From Arsenicibacter rosenii (lineage in GTDB: Bacteria; Bacteroidota; Bacteroidia; Cytophagales; Spirosomataceae), in the NCBI RefSeq assembly GCF_001870735.1, contig NZ_MORL01000005.1, positions 81,736 through 145,735 of the forward strand: 64,000 nucleotides of DNA, read 5' to 3'. Made by a program: the position numbers and the translations under genes. Positions 57,976 to 64,000 of the stretch are shown here, piece by piece (positions within the stretch are counted from its first letter, which is position 1; every line of letters begins with the position of its first letter). A model generated the notes under the pieces. That model made no database searches and had not been told where the DNA came from. It was given only the letters and a program-made list of their open reading frames with translations.

Positions 57976-58947
57976 TTAATAACGGAATCGCGGCGTCCGT
58001 ACAATCGGCTTTTTACGGCCATCCGGCGTTGGTAAATTGTAGCTTACCATAATTTCATGCGATCCCGGGCTTTTGCCTATGTATGAATTTGTCGTAAAAT
58101 CGAACGCATAGCCCAGCCGCAATGACTTGTTGGTCAGCAGATTCAGACCGATTGTTCCCGAGAAGGCATCTCCCTGCCGGTATGATGCTCCGATCCAGTA
58201 ACGGTTATCATACGTAACCAGTAAATTGCCGGTAATGGATGACGCCTTCATGTTGGGCTGCGGATCAACAACGTATTGGTACAGAATCGACGGCTGTACA
58301 TCCAGATCATAGCCGATGCCTAGCCGGTACCCGGCCGTTAGATAGGCAGTCTGGTTCTGGGGAATGATGGAGCGGCCGTTTTCCAGCGTGGCACTGGCTT
58401 TGTTGAGGTGAACCACACTGGCCCCGATCCAGTAATCAACTGTGTTATAATAGACACCGGCACCAATATCGGGCCGGGTTTCCATAAAACGTCCGGTCGG
58501 TATAAGCGGATCGGTCGGATCGGCAGGCCGGAGTTTGGCATAATCAATCCCGCGGGCATACAAGCCAGCCTGTGCGCCGATGGCTAAAGTACCTTGTTTC
58601 AGCGTAATGCGGTAGGCATACGATACCTCAGCGGCCTGGTTAATAAATGGCCCCAGCTTATCATTTAAGAGATAAACCCCTATGCCGCTTTTAATTTTAT
58701 TCAGCGGTGTATTGAAGGAAAGCAATTGTGTACCGGGAGCGCCACCGTCATTATAGGTTGACTGATAGCCAGCCCACTGCGTACGGTGTGTTAACTGGAA
58801 CCGGCTGACACCCTCCGAACCGGCAGCGGCCGGATTGTAATACAGCGGGTTAAACATAAATAAGCTAAACTGCGGATCGTTCTGGCCGTATGAAACATAC
58901 GACACGCCAAGCAGTAAGCACGTAAAAACGTAAAGTATGCGCCCCAT
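57976..58947 (-). CDS. type IX secretion system membrane protein PorP/SprF family
   Basis: YGQNDPQFSLFMFNPLYYNPAAAG is the N-terminal signature of PorP/SprF. The C-terminus is a beta-barrel. Confidence 0.75.
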   Translation of the reverse strand: MGRILYVFTCLLLGVSYVSYGQNDPQFSLFMFNPLYYNPAAAGSEGVSRFQLTHRTQWAGYQSTYNDGGAPGTQLLSFNTPLNKIKSGIGVYLLNDKLGPFINQAAEVSYAYRITLKQGTLAIGAQAGLYARGIDYAKLRPADPTDPLIPTGRFMETRPDIGAGVYYNTVDYWIGASVVHLNKASATLENGRSIIPQNQTAYLTAGYRLGIGYDLDVQPSILYQYVVDPQPNMKASSITGNLLVTYDNRYWIGASYRQGDAFSGTIGLNLLTNKSLRLGYAFDFTTNSYIGKSPGSHEIMVSYNLPTPDGRKKPIVRTPRFRY

Positions 58948-59120
58948 GTTCGACTTTTAAGGGATTGAGTTCGGGTTGTAATTAACGCAATTTAGGGATT
59001 CAGACCACTTTTTCCGCCTTACTTTTGCTCAGCCGTCTAAGTAATCCAACTTCCTGAGTTCCGTTAACTTCCAATTTTCATTGACTTATCTGTTAAACGC
59101 CAAATCTCTGAAATTATTGG

Positions 59121-59160
59121 CATAAAAAAAGAGGCCGAATCTCTAAAATCCGACCTCTTC
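59121..59160 (-). terminator. hairpin + T7 tract downstream of hemD (minus strand)
   Basis: On the minus strand: AAGAGGTCGGAT...ATTCGGCCTCTTTTTTTATGCC. Confidence 0.4.
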
Positions 59161-59175
59161 CTTAACTCACTATCC

Positions 59176-59967
59176 TTACAGATTGTTGGCCTTTTTGATA
59201 TATAACTCCAATGCACCGGTCATTGATGGGGCATTAGGCAGCGGAGCCTCAATATCAAGAATTAAACCAGCCTCCGTAATCGCCTTAGCGGTTGTTGGCC
59301 CGAAAGCCGCCATGCGAATGTCGTTTTGTTTAAACTCCGGAAAGTTATTAAACAGCGAGGTTACACCCGACGGGCTGAAAAACGCAATGATATCGAACGA
59401 CTGAATATCGAGATCCGATAAGTCTGTCGACACCGTTTCGTACATTACTGCTTCAGACAGGTGCAGACCGCTGATATCCATAAACTCAGGAATATCGTTG
59501 TGCCGGATATTTGAGCAAGGGAATAAAAACTTCTCTGTCTTATGCTTTTTGATCAGATCAAAAAGCTCGACCGCCGTTTTTGTGCCCGAAAAAATCTTAC
59601 GCTTCCGGATAACAATATACTTCTGCAGATAATTTGCCGTCTGTTCAGAAATACAGAAGTATTTCATGTCGGCCGGTACTTCGATACGGCCTTCCTGACA
59701 GATACGGAAAAAATGATCGATCGCATTCCGGCTGGTGAAAATGATAGCCGTATGCTCGAGGATGTTTATCTTTTGTCTACGGAAATCTTTATACGATACG
59801 CCCTGGATTTGAATAAACGGCCGAAAATCAATGGTGATGTTAAATTTACTGGCTAAGTCGAAGTAAGGTGATTTCTCGTCAGCGGGCCGTGACTGGGTTA
59901 CCAGCACTTTGGAAACTTTTGTCAGCCGGCTTGCCGATGACTGCGTGCTTATTTCATTCATTGACAA
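59176..59967 (-). CDS. hemD: uroporphyrinogen-III synthase (HemD-like)
   Basis: About 263 aa and a two-lobe alpha/beta pattern. Adjacent to a DUF4271-like gene, as in other Bacteroidetes. Called from memory of the family. Confidence 0.55.
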   Translation of the reverse strand: MSMNEISTQSSASRLTKVSKVLVTQSRPADEKSPYFDLASKFNITIDFRPFIQIQGVSYKDFRRQKINILEHTAIIFTSRNAIDHFFRICQEGRIEVPADMKYFCISEQTANYLQKYIVIRKRKIFSGTKTAVELFDLIKKHKTEKFLFPCSNIRHNDIPEFMDISGLHLSEAVMYETVSTDLSDLDIQSFDIIAFFSPSGVTSLFNNFPEFKQNDIRMAAFGPTTAKAITEAGLILDIEAPLPNAPSMTGALELYIKKANNL

Positions 59968-60010
59968 TACTTCTTTTGACGTTCAGAGTCGGATGCCGCA
60001 AAGGAAGTGC

Positions 60011-61300
60011 TCAAAGTGCAAAGCGCACCCCAATGAGCAAGGGCACTAATTCTACGATGCAAAGGTACGAAATTAAATAGAGACTTTTTACAGATGCTGC
60101 ATTTGTAAATACAACGTAAAGTAATACAAGCCGTCCGACGTAGAAGATTACAAACGGAATTTGCAGGTAAGCACCTATCGAAGCCGGATCATGCATGTTG
60201 AAAACCAGCGCAGTAAGTATTATACCTATTGTGGGAAAGAAAATAGAAGAAGCCTGAAGAATTTTAAAATAATGTAGATTCGTTATACTCTCCAGACGAT
60301 ATAAACTACCGATTGCCTGAAGAGCAACGTATTTCCCCATCATTAATAAAAAAGCAATGCCACTAACCAGAAAGAAATCAATGATCAGCGACGGCAGCTG
60401 GCTTCCCTGCAACATAAGCGTTCGGGATGCAAAAATGTCGATATCCAGTCCCTGAACAAACATAACCAGAAAACCGATCACAAAGCTAAGATTCAGCGTA
60501 AAGGCAATGGTTGCCCGGTTTAACTGTTTGTTAATCACAAACTGCTCATCGCGGAGCCGTAAGACAAACAAATCATGCAGGCTGAAAAAGCTGAGAAACG
60601 GCCGGCGAAAGAACGTAAACAGGAAAGCATGCGTCCCAAGCAGAAAAATCAGTGCCAGCCCGAAAAAATCATCGTAGACCATATGCGGCCTCGGCAAAAC
60701 ACTCAGGTTATCGTCGCTCAGCACAACGGTCTTCTGCGTGGCTGACTTCGGATAAGCAATGAACGCCTGTTTGTTTTCGATACCGGGCGGGCCGTAAAGG
60801 GTCAGAAAAAGCTGTGGCTTACGATATACCCGATACAGGCTGTCGATGCTCATAACCAGCCAGTTGCCTGCCCGCAGTTTTTGTTTCAGTGCCGCATCCA
60901 GAAACACATAACAGTCTTCCTGACTCCAGACAAGCAGTTTGTAATTCCGGTTACTTTCCAGATCAATAAACGCACTGACGGAGGGTATTCCACTATGCTG
61001 CTCAACAATGAACGGGATATAGGCTTTATTGGCTTCGTCATATACCTGCCAGTCATCCCGGATGGAGTGTACCGGATAATAGCGTCCGCCAGGCCCGATG
61101 CCATTGCGTGTATTACCCGCCCCACGCCCGGTTTGTGCCGGTGATACCTGCCCAATTCCTAACACACACCAAAAAAGCAGCCAGATGCGCAACAGCATAG
61201 TTTTGAAAACGAAATCGGGGTGGTAAAACAATCGAGAGTCAGCGGGTTTCATCGTAACGAGTTGACTTTCGATTGCCTTACGGCCCCGATTAAAACACAT
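60011..61300 (-). CDS. DUF4271-like membrane protein
   Basis: Signal peptide plus a periplasmic domain, then about 6 TM helices. Conserved pairing with hemD in Bacteroidetes (from memory). Confidence 0.45.
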   Translation of the reverse strand: MCFNRGRKAIESQLVTMKPADSRLFYHPDFVFKTMLLRIWLLFWCVLGIGQVSPAQTGRGAGNTRNGIGPGGRYYPVHSIRDDWQVYDEANKAYIPFIVEQHSGIPSVSAFIDLESNRNYKLLVWSQEDCYVFLDAALKQKLRAGNWLVMSIDSLYRVYRKPQLFLTLYGPPGIENKQAFIAYPKSATQKTVVLSDDNLSVLPRPHMVYDDFFGLALIFLLGTHAFLFTFFRRPFLSFFSLHDLFVLRLRDEQFVINKQLNRATIAFTLNLSFVIGFLVMFVQGLDIDIFASRTLMLQGSQLPSLIIDFFLVSGIAFLLMMGKYVALQAIGSLYRLESITNLHYFKILQASSIFFPTIGIILTALVFNMHDPASIGAYLQIPFVIFYVGRLVLLYVVFTNAASVKSLYLISYLCIVELVPLLIGVRFAL

Positions 61301-61310
61301 AGTATGGTTA

Positions 61311-62186
61311 TTATTTGCCCAATGCCTTCAGCATGGTTTCACCAATAAGCGCCGGCGAATCAACTACAAAGATTCCGCACTCGCTCATGATTTTCATTTT
61401 AGCAGCAGCCGTATCATCAGCGCCGCCAACGATAGCCCCTGCGTGGCCCATCCGGCGTCCTTTAGGGGCTGTCTGACCGGCAATGAAGCCAACAACGGGC
61501 TTGCGGTTACCGTCAGCCTTAATCCAGCGGGCTGCTTCGGCTTCCATACCACCGCCGATCTCACCAATCATTACGATGGCCTCCGTTTCCGGATCGTTCA
61601 TCAGCAGTTCAACGGCTTCGCGCGTTGTGGTTCCGATGATCGGGTCACCACCGATACCGATCGCTGTTGTCTGCCCTAACCCTACTTTTGATAACTGATC
61701 TACTGCTTCGTATGTCAATGTACCTGATTTCGATACGATACCGATTGTGCCTTTTTTGAAAATGAAGCCAGGCATGATCCCTACCTTACACTCTTCGGCA
61801 GTCATTACGCCAGGACAGTTCGGACCGATCAGGCGAACATCCTTACCCTGCAGGTACGATTTAGCCGTTACCATATCCGCCGTCGGAATACCTTCTGTGA
61901 TACAGATAATCACTTTAATACCGGCATCAGCTGCTTCCATAATCGCATCAGCCGCAAAGGCAGGTGGTACGAAAATGATCGATACGTCAGCTCCTGTAGT
62001 ATCAACGGCATCTTTAACAGTATTGAATACAGGACGGTCAAGATGGGTCTGACCTCCTTTACCAGGCGTTACACCACCAACAACGTTGGTGCCATATTCG
62101 ATCATTTGCTGGGCATGAAAACTCCCCTCAGAGCCGGTAAAGCCCTGTACAATAACTTTAGAATCTTTGTTAACTAAAACACTCAT
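61311..62186 (-). CDS. sucD: succinate--CoA ligase (ADP-forming) subunit alpha
   Basis: [27 protein letters not shown]..., a CoA-binding Rossmann fold, and the phospho-His region (GHAGA). Confidence 0.9.
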   Translation of the reverse strand: MSVLVNKDSKVIVQGFTGSEGSFHAQQMIEYGTNVVGGVTPGKGGQTHLDRPVFNTVKDAVDTTGADVSIIFVPPAFAADAIMEAADAGIKVIICITEGIPTADMVTAKSYLQGKDVRLIGPNCPGVMTAEECKVGIMPGFIFKKGTIGIVSKSGTLTYEAVDQLSKVGLGQTTAIGIGGDPIIGTTTREAVELLMNDPETEAIVMIGEIGGGMEAEAARWIKADGNRKPVVGFIAGQTAPKGRRMGHAGAIVGGADDTAAAKMKIMSECGIFVVDSPALIGETMLKALGK

Positions 62187-62385
62187 GATAAAGTCCGTAG
62201 ATCGTTGGCGTTGCGTTTGGAAGCCTTTGAATTATATGCAAAAGCCGGGGCAAAAGTAGTAATTATCGCTGAACAGTGAACCTTAGAAGGCAGGATTTCA
62301 AATCGACATGCCCATAATTCGACATTTTCGATGGAAAATACCCGCCTTCTCTGTCCTTTTTTTCGAATTTATCCGGTAGTTTTTA

Positions 62386-63000
62386 TTGACTCTGCTGCCG
62401 ATAACTGTAACTTTCGGCATGATTCTTTCCAATGTCATTTCCGACGCCGTATTGGCTTGCACAGGTATTGGCGTTTTTTGGCATTACCACCAGCAAACCC
62501 CGATCTTTAACCGCTTGCTGTGGGGCTTCTTCTTTTTACTGATTTCGCTGACGGCCCTGGTAGGCATCTTTCGGTTTGCCGGTTTTGACGGTGTTATCCG
62601 GCTCCACGAGTCGGCACAGCTGCTGGCGGGCAGTTTAGGCGTCGTTTGCGTTGTAATGGCCGTATGGGCACTTGTCCGCCGCGTATCGCTGGGAATCATT
62701 GCCTTTGCCGTTTCGCTGATCATCGGTTTATTCCTTTTCTTTATCCTGCTGCTCCCGCAGGTGGCTCCGTTTGCCAAAGTCGTGGCATCGCTGGGAATTC
62801 TGATTGTGATGCTGCTGGGCGTCTATGGGCTGCTACAGCGCGACATCCGGTCGGTCTGGATTATTGCCGCCGTCATGATTATGGCACTGGCCACCAAAAC
62901 ACCGTCGCTCCCCCGGCCGATTAACCCTGTCGATTTTTACCACTACGCCCTGGTATGTGCCTTGCTCTGTTTTGGTAAGGCAACCCAGCGCATTGAATAA
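62386..63000 (+). CDS. hypothetical membrane protein (about 6 TM)
   Basis: 204 aa, hydrophobic throughout. Codon usage matches the neighbouring genes. Confidence 0.4.
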   Translation: MTLLPITVTFGMILSNVISDAVLACTGIGVFWHYHQQTPIFNRLLWGFFFLLISLTALVGIFRFAGFDGVIRLHESAQLLAGSLGVVCVVMAVWALVRRVSLGIIAFAVSLIIGLFLFFILLLPQVAPFAKVVASLGILIVMLLGVYGLLQRDIRSVWIIAAVMIMALATKTPSLPRPINPVDFYHYALVCALLCFGKATQRIE

Positions 63001-63074
63001 TTTTTCCGGCGACCGGTGTTGTTTGTGAGTTTCTGTGTAATTGCCGTCCGGCATTACCTAAGCACAATTCACAA

Positions 63075-64000
63075 ATGAACGCGCCCATTGATCTCCAAAA
63101 CCCTGCTCAGGCTGCTAAAGCCATTAAACTACGTTACGTCAGCGATACAATGCCCGGCATTCTCCGCCAGCGGGCCAAGGACCGGTTTATCTATGTAAAT
63201 GCCAAAGCGGAGCCCGTCGATGATGAGGCAACGCTGGAGCGTATCCGTAAAATGGCCCTCCCGCCCGCCTGGGAACATGTCTGGATTTGCCCTACCCCGA
63301 ACGGGCATCTGCAGGCTACCGGCATCGATACAAAAGGCCGTAAGCAATACCGCTACCACACCCGCTGGAATACCATGCGGAGCGAATCCAAGTTTACACG
63401 CATTATTTCCTTCGGCGAGAAACTGCCGCTCCTGCGGAAACGGATACAGGATGACTTACGCCTGCGGACACTTTCCAGAGAAAAGGTAATAGCGATTGCC
63501 CTGAGTGTGATGGAACAAACGCTGATCCGCATCGGTAATGCCACCTATGAAAAAGAATACGGCTCCTATGGGCTGACCACCCTGAAAAACCGACATGCCA
63601 ACGTGGAGGGTAACGCCGTGCGATTCAGCTTTAAAGGGAAAAAGGGAATTTATCACGACATCACACTTCGCGACCGCCGCCTGGCACGCCTCGTCAAAGC
63701 CTGCCGTGATATTCCGGGCAAGGAGCTGTTTCAGTATCTCGGTGATGACGGCACCCGCCATAGTATCGATTCCGGCATGGTTAATGCCTACCTACAGGAG
63801 ACCATGGGTGAAGAATTTTCGGCCAAGGATTTCCGGACTTGGGCCGGTACGGTAAATGCACTGCGCCTGCTGATCGAACTGGAACCTTGCCAGTCAGAAA
63901 CAGAAGCGAAGAAAAACGTGAATACCATCCTCGACGAAGTTTCGCACCGGTTAGGGAATACGCGGACTGTGTGCCGGAAACATTATGTTCATCCGCAACT
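63075..64000 (+). CDS. DNA topoisomerase IB (poxvirus/bacterial type), 3' end outside the window
   Basis: Reading the DNA directly gives MNAPIDLQNPAQAAKAIKLRYVSD...KQYRYH...SAKDFRTWAGT...NTRTVCRKHYVHP, which contains the TopIB catalytic Arg/Lys/His motifs. The ORF has no in-window stop, so the supplied ORF track omits it. Confidence 0.8.
   Translation, partial: MNAPIDLQNPAQAAKAIKLRYVSDTMPGILRQRAKDRFIYVNAKAEPVDDEATLERIRKMALPPAWEHVWICPTPNGHLQATGIDTKGRKQYRYHTRWNTMRSESKFTRIISFGEKLPLLRKRIQDDLRLRTLSREKVIAIALSVMEQTLIRIGNATYEKEYGSYGLTTLKNRHANVEGNAVRFSFKGKKGIYHDITLRDRRLARLVKACRDIPGKELFQYLGDDGTRHSIDSGMVNAYLQETMGEEFSAKDFRTWAGTVNALRLLIELEPCQSETEAKKNVNTILDEVSHRLGNTRTVCRKHYVHPQ

Noticed and set aside
57810-58022. 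70-aa basic ORF in the gldK / porP spacer
   Set aside because: Extremely basic, overlaps the porP 3' end, and has no RBS-like context. Probably non-coding promoter DNA for gldK.

Overview
This 64-kb window looks like a chromosomal segment from a Bacteroidetes bacterium of the Cytophagales type, with about 50% GC.

The placement rests on a complete type IX secretion / gliding-motility core (porP/sprF-gldK-gldL-gldM-gldN) and a Bacteroidetes-style atpZ-atpB-atpE-atpF-atpH arrangement. Gene density is high and most genes are housekeeping or envelope functions:
- A GH20 hexosaminidase (5' truncated), an EmrA-EmrB-TolC efflux operon with a divergent MarR, and a divergent MntR(DtxR-FeoA)/MntH pair.
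- Kup, a TerC-family protein, PBP1A, UvrC, SucD, HemD, GH88, flotillin, and an Omp85-family outer membrane protein.

Features outside the ordinary:
1. A five-gene minus-strand operon (LptF/G-like permease, DMT transporter, GT-C-like membrane protein, GT2, GT-C-like membrane protein). It resembles an Arn/Gtr-type periplasmic glycosylation pathway.
2. An isolated 827-aa ORF with no recognisable family, carrying degenerate gamma-class N6-MTase-like motifs. It sits where atpA/atpG would be expected and is bracketed by strong hairpin terminators.
3. A lower-GC island of about 6 kb (about 20.9-26.8 kb) carrying a long DyP-type peroxidase, an unknown 469-aa secreted protein, a small membrane protein, a TPR sensor kinase and a 139-aa hypothetical.
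4. A small lower-GC insertion encoding an overlapping 81-aa ORF plus an HNH nuclease.
5. An orphan NuoN-like antiporter-type subunit immediately after a TerC gene that has a 340-nt leader.
6. A bacterial type IB topoisomerase running off the 3' end of the window; it is absent from the ORF track because it has no in-window stop.

I found no CRISPR array, no tRNA or rRNA genes, and no transposase.
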